A stretch of 59,688 nt of DNA, filler included, from Sphacelaria rigidula (GCA_964200075.2; 6 parts of 6 records of this genome joined end to end with filler, not necessarily neighbours in it); one strand, 5' to 3'; shown: positions 37,322-51,230, counted from the whole stretch's first letter. Notes: a model not told the origin generated them from the letters alone. Numbers and translations are program-made.

Positions 37322-37466
37322 GTGGGGGGTAGGGTCTACAGTATGCATTATGAACTAATAATACTTTAGCAAAGATCGATCTCTTGCGAAAGCGACCACC
37401 GTAGTAGCGGGTAGGTTTGGAGGGCGTCCGTGAGCGTGTGTGTGGTTGTCTTTTACGCAAGCAATA

Positions 37467-37822
37467 CCGGTCGCCTCGGTGGCTCAGTTGGTAACCTCGG
37501 AACCTTCTTACAGTTGGGTCGTGGGTTCAGTTCTCGCAGCGATCTGTTTCTCACACCATGCCCAACAGTGGAGAGCTACTATGTCGTGAATACATGAAAT
37601 TCGACTTAACGGTCGACGAGGAAAAGAGACTGCTGAACCTCTCTCGCGATAAAAAACAAAAAAAAGGCAAGCATCACAGAAGGAAGGTGGGTTCTTAAAA
37701 ACAAAAAAAAAGGAAAATACTTGTGTGTTGATCTTCCTCCTGTGTGACCCCGGCTGATGCGCCCACATATACCGAAAGGTGTAGACCGGCGCCCAGCATA
37801 GGTGGGACGACAACACACAATA
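37467..37822 (+). mobile_element. tRNA-derived SINE, family A, second copy
   Basis: ccggtcgcctcggtggctcagttggt (A box) and gggttcagttc (degenerate B box). Confidence 0.8.
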
Positions 37823-38542
37823 TATAGAGCTATATATTTTCCCTTTAACCCTTTGGGAACCCATTGACGATTCTTGTCTATTTGAATCGGCATCATTTTC
37901 AGTCATTTTCAAGTCAAAATGATGCCGATTCACAAGAACAATAATCGTCAATGGGTTCCAAAGGAGAAAAACTCACCCAACACTTACCCCGCAAGGGGGT
38001 TCGTGCGCCGAATACCCGTAGGCTCCGCTAGACTGCTTCACGGAAGTCATATGGGGTAGTCGCCTCGAGCGTTGGCGACCTTTCAACTTGGTGCAACGCA
38101 AGCGCCGCCCTACTCCTGTGAGCTTCGACCCTAGAAGCAGCACTACTCCTCAGGAAGTGTAAGGAGCAACACTGAATTAGAAACAACAGCGTCACATACG
38201 ACGTGAGCCTCGGCCAGGCAGGAAAAAAACTTGATTCCTTGTACGTGCGAACTTTTCATACTTTCTGCTTCAAACTTGGAAGTAGTGTACTGTACACGTA
38301 GACATACTTGTTGATCCTTTGACGGTTGCGAGGTTGTTATTGGTGGTATAGTATCTGTACTGCAGGAAATGAACATTAACGCTGTACGAAAAATTATTTT
38401 CTCATTTTATTTATTTATTGTTGAGTAGCCCATAACGTGTTTCCCGTCACTTTTCTACTCGAAGCCCACCCCCTTCTTTGAGACGATTCCTCAGTCTCAA
38501 GGAGCGAACCCGTCTTTCTCTCCCTGGTACCTCACCTACAAC

Positions 38543-38803
38543 AATATTTTCGTGAGATTAAGAGTAGAGGATGCGATTGAGAGTGAAAAGCGGTCAATTA
38601 GTGAATGATTCGTTTCAGTTCCGAAATGCCCCTCCACGAGGCCCATGATATCCCTGATTAGAATATCGACGTGTACCTGTAAGCACACGCCAGAGATGGA
38701 GACAAAGAAAATCACACACGTAATGAATAATTTGCTAATTTAAAGGGGTTGATCAAATCCACTCTCAATCAGCGCTCTACTCTCAATCTCACGAAAACGT
38801 TGT
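38543..38803. mobile_element. Small MITE, family 3
   Basis: ttttcgtgagattaagagtagag..gattgagagtg pairs with cactctcaatc..ctctactctcaatctcacgaaaa; a related end is at ~56029. Confidence 0.7.
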
Positions 38804-39111
38804 TCTACCTGTCTTGCAATGTATTATTTATTAGGTCAGCACGTCCCCACCCCCACACGGCCCGTTAATCTCCGTATATTTTCCTTGTCATTTTTTAATT
38901 GCCCATGGGTAAAAGGGTTCATACCCCAAGTAGTGCGACTGCAGTAGATGAGCTGCATTGTTTTCCCACGGCCTTTTGTGTTTTACGACTAGATGTGAGT
39001 GTGGTTCTGCGCAAGACCTTTTGCACCGAACCGATGTGGAAGAGGCCTGCCATTTTTTTTTTCTTCTTTTATTTTTTTCCTAGTCCACTCTCTAGTGTTG
39101 TTGCTGTTATC

Positions 39112-39142
<31 letters not shown>

Positions 39143-39760
39143 TAATTTTCCAGCGAGTGTTTCAGTTTTGCTTTGTCTCGGGTACATCCCTCACGTGACC
39201 ACGGCTGGATCCCTGGAGGATCGGTTGAAGTGCGGCAATAGATCAACTAATAAAATAAAATAAAATCTAGGTCGTCACGGTTCCCACGGCGGAGACAAGT
39301 GACGCTACGGCAGGAGTGCACAAATATTTTTTTGAGATGAGAACTGTTAGGAGCCCCGTATCTCATCCAAAACACCTTTTTCGAAATACGTGAGAGTACG
39401 CCAAGATTACTATTTCAATGTGCCAGAGATATCCCGAATGAATTCGCAAACGGGAATCCCCTGATCCATGTTCTTGTGCAATCTAGAATCGTTAGGAGCC
39501 CCTAAACCAGACAACATTTCGCGCAAAAAGTGCACCCCTCCCTTAGCATTGCTCACCAGCGAACTAGATGGTTGCTGGAGACATTCAAATCCACCACCAC
39601 GCCGCGCTAACTGGTAGATCGCGTACCAGTCTTACGGGTCACGACGGCATAGACACGAACAATGGAGTGATGCCGCGACAGCCCCCCCCCCCCCCCCCCC
39701 CCCCCCAACCGCCCCCAAAAAACCCGCCCCCCACCCCCCCACCCCGCACGCGGGAACACC

Positions 39761-39860
39761 NNNNNNNNNNNNNNNNNNNNNNNNNNNNNNNNNNNNNNNN
39801 NNNNTTAATTAATTAANNNNNNNNNNNNNNNNNNNNNNNNNNNNNNNNNNNNNNNNNNNN
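39761..39860. other. Artificial contig-joining linker
   Basis: N44-TTAATTAATTAA-N44. Confidence 0.98.
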
Positions 39861-39904
39861 CCGGGTTCTCATCCTCAATCAAAAGCACCATCCTCAACAT
39901 AGAT

Positions 39905-40430
39905 GATTGGCTGTTTGAGGAAGCCCTTGGGGTATCGGTCATCCGTTGGCACAAATGTCGAACAAACAGCCGGTTATGTGAAGGAACACTCACTGAGGAA
40001 GCCCTTGGGGAATCGGTCATCCACTTTCGCAAATGTTCGGTTCAGGAGAAGAGACGGGGTGTCTCGGGTCCTACGATTCACGAGGGAGTGAAGGTCGTGG
40101 AGACGCAGGAACAAAAACGAGAAAAATTAAAAGAAACGAGAGAAAAACATATATATATATAAACATATATATATAGTGAACACCTACACATGACAATTTG
40201 CTGAGGAAGCCCTTGGGGTATCGGTCATCCGTTAGCACAAATGTCGACAGCCGGTTACGTAAGTAACATTTACTGAGGGCGCCCTTGGGATATCGGTCAT
40301 CCGTTTTCGCACATGTTGGGCTGGAATGAAGGGACGGGTCGTCTCGGGTCCGACAGGCCACTAGAACCGCCTGTGGTGGTGGCTTCCGTGGAGGTCGGAG
40401 AGACGCAGGAACAAAAACAAGAAAAACCAA
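39905..40430. repeat. Nested tandem repeat (two ~280-bp units, each with two tgaggaagcccttgggg.atcggtcatcc subunits)
   Basis: Motif at ~39916, 39993, 40202 and 40274; ggagacgcaggaacaaaaac occurs twice. Confidence 0.85.
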
Positions 40431-40923
40431 AACAATGACCAAGAGAAAAAGGTGGCTGAGACTCGCACAGCTAGCAAGGAGCAAGTGCAGGGGGTGTCTG
40501 AGCACAAAATGGATGGCAGTGGAGGGAAAGACTACAACGTGGTCTCAGTCCTCCAGAAATGTCGAGCCAAACGAGGACGGAAGGGTGAAGTTGCGGGCTA
40601 TTCGCAACTCACAACTTGATATGAACACACACACGTCCTCAAGTGATTCACCCGGTCACCAATTTTAAGTGGGTTGGTGGATGTAAAACCTCAATGTGGG
40701 ATCTTCACAAATACCGTACGGCGGGCTATGACAGTAGATCGAGCCAACTGTCGAAACGGAACGAAGAACAAAAAAGCAAAACGCTCGTGCCAATGCGCTT
40801 GTATCACCTTGTCTGGAGACACAAATGTGTTCGAAAAAATGCACCACACTTCCAGAACCAGATCAACCCGACCTGCAACATGCGACGGCTCCAAAATGAC
40901 ATGGAAACGCGACCAGGGCCAGG

Positions 40924-41095
40924 TACACACACATATACACATACACACATGCACACACATACACACATACACATACGCGCACACGCATACACACGTATGC
41001 GCATACATACACCCAAAAACACATACACGCATACAGGCACTTAGACATGCGCATACTCACACACATACACACACATACACATACACACAACAACA
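40924..41095. repeat. Degenerate (CA)n/(CATA)n microsatellite
   Basis: Direct inspection. Confidence 0.9.
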
Positions 41096-41217
41096 AAAAA
41101 AGGGGGAGGGTTGCGACCATGGCGTCGAAGCAGCTAGGCGACACCACGGAGAAAATAGGACGCATCAGGACTCGTCTTCCCTCCATGAACTGTCGGTATT
41201 CCGGAGAATGGCGTCGT

Positions 41218-44200
41218 CTAGGTTGCCGTCGTCATGACGCTGGAGACACCAGGACCCGCGGCGAACGGACGACGCTTCAGTGTAGTATACGCATCGTCCA
41301 ATATGAGCTTCAGGGGGCCGGGGTCATCGAGGAAGCGGATGTAGTAGGAGTTGTCGGAGTTGGGTGCTGGTAGGTGAATCTTGCCCAGCCACCACAGGGA
41401 GTCCTGCGCCTTGTACCAGAAGTACACACCCTTCGGTAGACGTTTCCTGCGAAAAGAAAGCAAGTATTGCGCACTCGAAACAAGGCTATAGCCAGCCATG
41501 ACGAACCGGGCCGAATGCTCCCGGGTCAGCTCCCATGCCGCCGCGCCTTTCCGCATAGACCTGCATCTTCGGTTCACCGGACGGTGTTGCGTAACATCGC
41601 CTACCCAGTACAACAAAATTTGTCTACGGAAATGCCGCAAGTCGACTTCCCGTTCCCACGTGACCCGCATCAATCCTTTCCAGGGCGTCTGATACATCAC
41701 TACTACTTTACCACCACGACCGCGGACCAGTAGGTGTCCGCTGATGTGATCGACTACCACGCGTTCCACGGGGGCGTGGACGGCTTCAGCCGTGACATGA
41801 AAAGGCGGCGACTTGGTGGCGTGCCTCGTCAGTACGTACTGGCTGAGTCCTAACGGCAACTGTTTGGGCATATCAGTGGTGTCGTGCGGGGCGGTGCAAG
41901 GTTTACAGCGCCAGACAGACACGCGGTTTTCCTGCGGAGACCCAGCTTCACCCGTGGGAAAATCGAGGTACAAAAGGTTTTCCCCGATGGATCGATCACC
42001 CGGTGCTGTAGCACTTGGCCCAACGCTCAACATTCTTCACTGCCCGGTCCAAGTGAGGGACAGCTTGGCCTGCAACACCTTATCCGGCGAATCCTTACTC
42101 GCGCTGGCTCCGTGGCGATTTGTCTGTACATCGTCGTACACCCACGCCCATGCACCTACCTTCCACACGGGGCGCTTATGCATCACTGCATTCAACGTGG
42201 CATTGGCTCTGACCGCTTTTGCCAAATTGATTTGGTTTTGCTCTCGCACCAAATCATATGCCAACCACAGACGATGACGTAAAAAGTCATGATACTCCCT
42301 GATATCCCGGTCCACACTCTGATGATCGCCCACGTTGCGGCGCTCGAAAATCGTCAACGGCAGCCTCGGCATGCGATCAATTTGAATTTCATATGGTGCA
42401 AGGCCAGTGGCGGTGTGGACCGAACTGTTGTAATTCAGTTTGAATAAGGGCAGGTGCAGGTCCCAATCTGTTTGCCGTTCGTTTGTGACGGCTGACAGCA
42501 TTTGCGCCATCGTGTGGTTGACACTTTCCGTTCCACCGTTCGTTTGGGGGTGGTATGGACCTACAAAGATGCGAGGGAAACTCAGCAGTGCACTGACCGC
42601 AGCAGAAAGTTTGCCGGAATTGTTTTTGCCATTGACGGACAACAACTTCCGGGGGTCCGGCATGCATGACGGAGTCACAACTGAGTAGATCAGTCATCAA
42701 CAAAATGTACTTGGCAACGGTCCGAAATAGTCCCAAGATATAACTTCACCGGGCCCAGTGGAAGCGGCATGGACATGATTGGTCAACGCACAGTCTGGGG
42801 AGACGTCGTGCGCGCCTGACAAATAAAAAAACGACGTACCAACCAACGGACACTTTGGTCGATGCCTACCCACGCAGTAGAATCGCTCGATGAACTAGGT
42901 CGTCCGAATTGTTACCATATCGGTCGAGATGTTGGAATTGCACTCGTGCAGGACCCATGGTCGCAGCAGCATCGGCACGTACGTGCACAGAGGTTCTTGA
43001 CCGAGTAGTCGAACATGTCTACCGGTAGGACGATTTGACTGAGGTGTCCGCGTGGGTTTGCGGATCGAAAGTACAATGCCGTCATCATCAATGTGCAGTT
43101 TGCTTGTGCGGCCAGCTCAACACCTTTTTCCTGTATGGGTGCCCGGCGCCGTCCGACGGGTTCGAGGATACCCGCAGAGGGGAATGGAAGTGGGCAAATT
43201 TGGAACAGGTGAAGTATTGCTGCGCGGCACGTAAGCTCGGCTAATTATCTCGCGCCTCCTCTTGGCGAGGAGAAAAAAATGTATTTTTTTCTTCTCGTTC
43301 ACTCTCATTCGACGAGAAATGAGATCGTGTACTTTTACAATGAAAACAAATGGGGGGGCGGTGGGCTCCGAAGCGGCGGCAACATTTATGCGGGGGCCGT
43401 CACACGGAAAAGACCCCATCCAAATATGGTTCTTGCATTGGTGTTGGCGTTTCCAGTAACCAAGAGGAGAACCGAGGTGGCAAGCCACCGGGCGTCGTTT
43501 TCGGGGCAGAAGATGTCAGACCACTCATGCGCACACCGAACGTTGTTGTTAGGTGTCAGCCCACTCATGCCAAAAACCGGAGTCTTGGTTTCAGCCCACT
43601 CATGCTCAAACCTGGAGTGTTGGAAGCGTACGCGAATGATTTCCGTCGCTAGGTAGCTATTAATAACTACTTATACTTAATCAGCCAGCAGCGGGTTTGT
43701 GCGAGACGGGCGTGGGGCGATGGGCGGCGTTCCTTATAGCACGTTAATTTTAAACGGAGCCATCGTGCATCGACCAAAATCCAGAGGTGAGGTGGACAAT
43801 CGCGCGGTGTAGCGGATCAGGACATCTACAAGTTTGTCGATGATCGCTGCAATACAATCGGCACCGTCGAGATTGAGGGTGATGTGACAGGTGTGGTGGA
43901 ACGTCATTCTTTAGTCGCAAAAACCTTGCTCGCTGCTGAGGCTAGAAACAATCCAACAATATTTGAGGAATTTCGGTTTCCGCGTCATTATCCAACGCGG
44001 TCACAACCCACGTATAAGCTGAAACTGGTCCATGACAATCAGCGTTTTGCTCGACCTCACTTGGGGACGTGGTACTGGTGCGGGGACACATATCACAAGA
44101 GGTGTACGTGGAAGCGGAGCCGAAGCATACCTCAATAACTGGTTGGATACTAAATCAATGCGGAGACGTCCGAAAAATTGCTGGCGTCCGTCTTTCACAA

Positions 44201-44560
44201 ATGCATCTTCCTGTCCAAACATATGTGTCGGAAACGCAACCAGCTACTTTCTGCCCAACAGACATGGAATGGCGTGGCATTGTGTGGAACAATTAAAGCC
44301 TAAACAGAAGGTCGTGCCATGGGGTGCGTATCGTTGAAGAACGGAACACTCAATCGCACAGCCCGGGTGGTACTCAAGAGTAGTAGAACCTGCCCAGAGG
44401 CACCGGAGGTGCGTGGGGGGACAGGGGACAGACCTTTATCATCGCCCGCGCCGGTGCGGGGCATATCCTGGCAGCAACTGACAGTGAGAAAGGTCTGAGG
44501 GGAGCCCGAGACCGGTAATACCAGGGTCACAAGTTGATGGCTTGCACAGGATCCACTCAT
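41218..44560 (-). mobile_element. Decayed Ty3/gypsy LTR retrotransposon pol (protease, integrase, chromo-like and PWWP-like tail); RT/RNase H not recognisable
   Basis: Protease-like LPVSGSPQTFL (DSG degenerate) at ~44500; integrase PYHPQTNGGTESVNHTMAQML..DWDLHLP..YNSSVHTATGLAPY; GPY/F-like KLSLTWTG; chromo-like VVDHISGH..YQTPWKG..TWERE. Confidence 0.85.
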
Positions 44561-47500
44561 AAGTAGTTTGTAATTCCAACTCTAGTTGTAAAAAACACAT
44601 CGTCTAAGGTGACAACGCCACGCGTAAGATCCGGGCCAACTCTGGCAACGAATTGATATGCGTTCGCTGTACCCCCTGAGCTTGGTACTGAAATATACTC
44701 TGGGGTGGTCTTGTGAACCTGGGAATGTGGGCACTGTTCTTGGGGGTTCTCCAATGTTGGGCGTCAGGGCTACGTATCTCGTGAACCGCTATGGGAATGC
44801 GACTATTAGTCGTGACCGTCGTGATAGGGGCGGGGTCGGCTGTGATGTCGGCATGGGGGGGCATGCCTGTCGGCTTGGTAATGGATGTCCCAAGTGCGGG
44901 GTCGGCGGAAATTTCAGCCCTGCACGGCAATGTGTCTGCCAAATCATCTACAGTAATGGACAAAGGGGTCGACGGTTTTTCGTCGTCGGACGTGCTTCCG
45001 GTGGCTGCGCCAGCGGAACTTCGTCATCAACATCAAGGCATGTAGTGGAAATAGACATGGTCTTCACGAATTTATCGGGAGACACGTTGCCGGGGGCCAA
45101 ACTTGGAACTGTAGGGGACGAATCGTCTGTTACCCGCGTGAGTCTGTCGTGGTGTGGGGTCGCCAGTGGCGGACCCGCACGTGAACGCGACAACGAACCG
45201 ACAGTAGGTAGGGTAGACTTGTAGCTCAACACGTTCCGCCTCGACCTCTTTGTCGGTGCTGGCTGAGGGGGCAACGGGGGGGGGCAGAGGGCGGTAGCGG
45301 CACATCCTATACCTGAGGCGTACCGTCATGACCTGTCGCTGTTGGGAAGTTAGCGGGAGTATTCGTGACGGTGTCAGCTCTTGGCTTACCGACCGGGTCA
45401 CTGCCGGGGGTCCTTCTCCAACCCGTGGAGCAACAGAAAGCGCGGGTTCCCTGTGGTCATGATCCACAGTGGAACAACTATGCTCGACTACAAAGGGGCC
45501 CGACGCCCTGTGGACGTCTAGGCTAACATGTACCATACAGTGGATAGACGTATAAGGGCAGCAACACAATACCGCGGGACAGCTTATCTCTCGGCATGTG
45601 GGTAACTGCAGAAGACGTGGTCTCCCACCCCGATGGTCGGGGAGGAGCTAGCTGCTAACAGTTGGAACTATGAAGTGGTACACTAGAGTGATCATTTCCA
45701 ATGATGAAACAACACAATTCTTCACCGTGAGCTGCACCCACGTAAGGTTTCGCGGGATCGTGCCTGAGTGGGACCCTTGACCCAGGATAGTTCGGACCCA
45801 TTGTACCCACACCACAAGCCTGAGCTACTCGTAGGGTCGGCCAACAACGTTAACTCGGTTTTGAGGCATGGGGCCGCCGGCCGCGTATAAAATAAGACCG
45901 CACCGTTCATGTTTTGGTGTGTGGTCGGGAGCCGTCGTGGCTGGCTTGGGTTCATTCTCGTGGAACGATAGATCACCAGAGGCTGAGGGAAAATTTTCTT
46001 CAGGCTGTGGTTTTCTCTTCTCTTTTTTTTTGTGTGTGCACCAAGCACCGGGCCTGCTAGCAAGTACGGAGACTGACACCGTGATTTTGGGTGTCGTCGT
46101 GAAGGCATGCGACCACCATTTTGTACTCCAGACAGGTTTCAGTGAAAAATTATCGGGTGGTACACGAAATTGTCAGAACAGCGTCTTCGGTGGGGCGCGG
46201 AGCGCAAAGTACTGGGCTGGCTAGGGTGGTACTTGATACAGTCTGGTGTGTATGGGAGAACGTGGGTCTGCTGGTGAGGGCGTTTGGAACCTTAGCAAAA
46301 CAACCTGTGTGGCCCTCACTTCGGAGAAGCATCGCGATGCAAGTTCATCGATGCCAATCCTTTGATGGTACCAATTTCGAAATACCGTAGGGGTAATTTT
46401 AAAACAAAATACCACTGCATTACCCCTACGCGTTGGAGGGATGTTTGTCACGATGGGAGGAAGTTCAATACAGTTCGAGCGCTATGTCGAGAGAGTGTAT
46501 GCAATACATGCCTTGACATACCGCTTGTGGCACATGGGGGAACAACCCGAAATTGAAAAACACCCGTCCGTACGATGCATAGGTGCAGAGGTGTGATGCA
46601 CTGGGATATCCGACGCGTTTGGTGCGGACAGTGTTGGTGCGCATGATGGTTTTAGTCACTAAATAGTTTCCTATACTTCACCAGCGCTTCCTCTCAAATT
46701 GCACCCTCACTACGGAAGTGGGGGAGCTGGACATTCGTATGCTGGTGCACTGTACGTGGAAACTGAGAGACTTCACACCGAAAAGCCAGTGGCTCCAACA
46801 GGATATCGATCCAAGCACCACAAGTTATATGCGCTGCTTGAAAGCGCAATTCGTGCTTGGAATAAAGGTGTTTGATGGACAGACTACTGAACACAAGCGG
46901 CTACACGTCTCCAGCAGGCTGGGCTGGGTGACGCATGCTTCAAGGTGTACCGGTATCGAAAATCCACGTGAAAAAACAAAACACCCGGGAGGCGGGGCGC
47001 ACGCCTGCGGGGTGAAAATAGTATTGCCGCTGAACGGCTGTGTGTGTAGAATACTTGAGTGAGGTGGAGCGAGACGGAATTGACTCGCAAGCTTCGGTCG
47101 GCACCTGAAATGTTGCTCCAACAGGAGGGTTGCGCGGGGAAACGTTATTTATGGTACTTGACCGGAAGGGCGGCACCCGTGTGATGAACTCCAAGAAAAA
47201 AAAGAGGCGACCGAACATCGTGCAGTGCTACTACTGGCGATGACCGCATTTGTCTATCGGAGGATGGTGACTCGATTCAGAGACGGTGTTGCTACCATAG
47301 TACTCATGTACTCCTCAGGTGCTCAATAACCCGAACACGTGCACGTATTCGAGAAGATATGACACACGACTGCAGCCGTATCACAGGGCTGCGACGATCA
47401 AATCAAACACTCCGGCGAAGAAAATGTATCAGATGGGCTCGGGGCGGTGGTGTAACTACCTTACGCAGGAATTACATCCGTATCAAATCATAATACAATA

Positions 47501-47756
47501 ACCAAAGAGCAGAAATCCTCCATCCAACGAACATTCCGGGAACACTATCCGTTGTGCGCATGATCATTCAATGTGCAGCATACATCAACCATACTGTATC
47601 TCCCATCGACTATCCAGAACATCACATTGGATCTTCCAACAAGCTAAAATACCTCCACTGTCAAGCAAGAGTCATATCTAACGTTCATTTACTTTGACAT
47701 CTTTATGTCCAGAGCGCTGCGGTACCTTATCGACGCCAGACCCTTCGAATACCACA

Positions 47757-48200
47757 ACAACGGGATCTTACAAATTTGGGATTGGTTTTTTATTGGGGAT
47801 GAGAAATCCGGAGAATTAAAATCTTCGTATCCACACCAGACCTTCGACATCTCGTTTAATTTTTTCACCTACTGATAGCTATTGACAACCGCTACGTGCA
47901 ATACAAACTTAGGTTCCGATCACCCAAAGTTCGGGGTCCTCGGTGGAAAATCATTTTGGGGAATTCCGGGTGTCCGAACGGACGCCAAAATGGTTCCGAT
48001 TTGTTTTTCACCTAGGGTCCCAACATGATGTCGATGATCGAGATTCAAATTCGTATGGCGCGTAGCAGTTGTCAATAGCTATCAGTAGGAGAAGAAATGG
48101 AATCATATTTCGAAGATTTGGTGTGGATACGAAGGCTTTAATTCTCCGGGTTTCTCATCCCGAATAAAAGATCCATCCCCGATTTGTAAGGTCTTGTGTT
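47757..48200. mobile_element. MITE family 2, second copy
   Basis: Palindromic; shares ttcgtatccacacc and tagctattgacaa arms with 24007-24450. Confidence 0.85.
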
Positions 48201-48219
48201 TTGACGCCAGGGTCCAAGA

Positions 48220-49724
48220 AGCCAAAAGCGCCACCTTTGAGCAACTCGGCATCCAGACCTGTCTGCACGGAGCAAATGTGGAAAACGGGGTCTACAGTCT
48301 CTGCCAGACGATCTGGACAAAACGACTTCCAGCTAAGAACTCCTCCAGTATCATTGGCCTCCTGCTCGACAAGTGATTTCTTCTAACTTGTTATTATCAC
48401 GGAGTGATTCTCAACAGATCACGAGCCAGACAGCAAGGGGCCACATGGAAAAGGGCCATCAATCTAGGATCCCCTATCCCCTGCCACTGCTCCAATCGAT
48501 GTATCCTGATGAACGTGATCGTACCAAAGCTGGAATATGCAGGAGGAGTATGGGAGGAGAACGTGAAGTTGGCGGAGAAGTTGGAAACAGTACAGATGGC
48601 AGCAGCTAAGAAGGTACTTGGATACTTGAAAACGACGAGTGATGCAGCATCGAGAGCAGAGTTGGGAACGTACTCACTTGAAACGAACAGAGACGTGAGG
48701 AAATTGCGATGACAATATAGCTTAAAGAACATTGATTGATTGATTGATCGATTGATTATCTCACATCAGCTGATCGCAACAATCCAGCCCGTGGTCAGGG
48801 GCACCAAAAAATAGAACAGAATAATAACAAGAATAGGAAAAAGAAGGGAACAGAAAACGACAGACGCAACGGCCTCAGAAAAGAAACAAAGGGGGGCAGC
48901 GATAGCAACAACAAACAACAACAGCAATAACAGCAAAATGACGACAGACACACACACACAAACACAAACACAACATGCAGAGAAGGAGATTGCCAGCTAT
49001 GGTTGATAGGGATGTATGGAAGAAAAGTACGAAAGGGAAGGCTGGATTAAGGTGGGATAGAGAAGTCGAGAAAGTATGGAAGGGGACCGGAGGAAACCAA
49101 GACGAAATACTGTCCGTAGGTGAAGGCGCGGGGTACGAGACAAGAGTAAAAGATGTGATAGAAACAAGGGGAAAAGGAGCGCTCAGACGCAAGGTGGACG
49201 AGGAAGAACACCTGGAGAAATACGGGGGGTTGAGAGAGGGGATCAGGATGAAAATATATCTGTATGGCCCCATGATCGCTACGAAAAATATGAAACTGCG
49301 ATTTCGGGTGGGGGACCTGGACCTGCCAGAAAGAAGAAAGATATTTACCACTAGTCGAAAGGAGGAGTAGATGGACAGAACTGCCCCTGTGGCAAAGCAA
49401 TAGAGAACATAAGTCATTAAGTGGCAGAGTGTAAACTATACAAGGAGGCACGGGACGTGCTAGAGGGGGAAATGCGGGACGTAAACGAAGAAAGCATGAA
49501 ATCATTTGATGCATTAGACAATAGGGAGAAAACGATGGCTATAATAGGAGATAGATGACGGCCACAAACGGCGAAACAGGACGGGGACAAGATATGCGAA
49601 AGGTCCCTGTGTAGTGTATGGAAGAAACGTAATGAGCGCCGGAATGTTGGAGGTGTCTCTATTAGGAGTAGGAACGATGCTCCGTCTCGAAAGGGATACG
49701 TGGTCATTGGTCAAACGACTAAGG
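48220..49724 (+). mobile_element. Decayed non-LTR retrotransposon of a second family (post-RT region plus CCHC-like motif)
   Basis: NVIVPKLEYAGGVW, AELGTYSLETNRDVRKL, LRFRVGDLDLPERR, CPCGKAI..; frameshifts. Confidence 0.8.
48733..48971 (-). mobile_element. Short retroposon tail inserted into the LINE, (CAAT)n tail, AACAT target-site duplication
   Basis: AACAT at 48728-48732 and 48972-48976; removing the insert restores ..KNMQRRRLPA. Confidence 0.75.
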
Positions 49725-49824
49725 NNNNNNNNNNNNNNNNNNNNNNNNNNNNNNNNNNNNNNNNNNNNTTAATTAATTAANNNNNNNNNNNNNNNNNNNN
49801 NNNNNNNNNNNNNNNNNNNNNNNN
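49725..49824. other. Artificial contig-joining linker
   Basis: N44-TTAATTAATTAA-N44. Confidence 0.98.
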
Positions 49825-50559
49825 AGTAAAGAACGGTACTCCAGAAAAACCCAGAAAAAAAGACGGCTACAAATTCTGAAAACTTCTGACGCTGACTACT
49901 ATAGCATGACAAGTAGAAGCCTAGTTGCAACGCTGAAAACAAAGTCTAAGGATTGATTCGTGCGGTACGAATCAACCACACTAAAATCAAGTAATTTCCA
50001 GACGAATCATCAATTCGTCCGACCCTTGTGATGGTGCGACGGGCGCTAATGTGAACGACAACGCGTTGTGCTCACACTAAAAAACACTCGGGTTTGTCAG
50101 CCCTACGAAAGATCCGAATATCGGTGTTGACAGTCAGTTGATACTCAAATCAAGATTGTTTTAACGGTTACGAGTAGTTCGACGGCGAGAGTAGACCATT
50201 TGTTGTGTCATTAGTTTGAGGAATTATCCATGATCTACATGGACTGCCATCGCCATCTAAGGGTTAACCCTTTTGGAACCCTCCCCTTCTGTCCCCGGGC
50301 CAAACGCCTCATTGTGAGAAGCCCTGACAAGGAGGAAAAAATGGAAACAGAAAAGGCCGACGGCAACCAGTTTGATAACGGAAGATCGAAGAAGAATCCA
50401 GTAGCAAACGCGGCGGGTGCAAGAAAAATGTCCTCCCTGGAGAGGACGGGTGAGGTTCGTCCAGTCATACTACGCAACAGATGAAGTGTGTCCTTTTGTC
50501 TTCGATAATAATTAGCAACTGCGAGCTGGGCCAGCCTAGAGGCGGATTTGAAGTTTGCA

Positions 50560-51230
50560 GGCCCATGCTCTTTTATACATTTAGAGTTGGGCCCTGAAAT
50601 TTGGTATGAACAATGCATAAGGCATATAAAAAATTTACTTCGGTACCAAAAAATATATTTTTTTTCTTCATGAGTTAGGGGCATTTTACCGATACCTAAA
50701 AAACGATTATTGCCCTTAACTCATGAAAAAAAAAACACATTGGGTACTCCATTTTTTTTTTTTTTTTTTATATATATTATTTTTTTTTATGTTTAAGCAT
50801 CTTTTTATAATGTGTAGATTTCTCTTAGAACATCCAAATCAGTNNNNNNNNNNATAAAATAATAAAAAAAAAAACACATTGGGTACTCCATTTTTTTTTT
50901 TTAATGCCCTATGCACTGTTCTTACCCAATTTCAAGGTCCAACTCTACATGTATAGAAGAGCATGGGCCTATCAAAAACCGGGTCGGTAGAAATTCGGAA
51001 CAGTATTTTGCAGGCCACTCACCAGCCCACGTTTGGTTTTCGCGTTATGAAATTTGGTATGGGCGCTCTTCAAGGCATATTCAACAAAAATAATGGGTCA
51101 GGTTGATTATTTCAATTTTTTTGACTGGTTTAGGGCGTTTTACTATGGTGAAGACCATTTTTTCACAAGAACGCCCTAACCTCTATTTAAAAACAAAAAT
51201 GGAGGCCTTTTTTTTTAATTCGGCACTCTT
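50560..51230. repeat. Hairpin-rich block homologous to 13860-14560
   Basis: Shared sequence blocks; local inverted pair ggcccatgctctt.tatacat.tagagttgg / ccaactctacatgtatagaagagcatgggcc. Confidence 0.8.

Noticed and set aside
39905-40310. ctgagga plus short hairpin repeats as hammerhead ribozymes
   Set aside because: No GAAA core follows the putative stem II
40643-41237. His/Thr- and Cys/Val-rich ORFs
   Set aside because: These are translations of a (CA)n microsatellite
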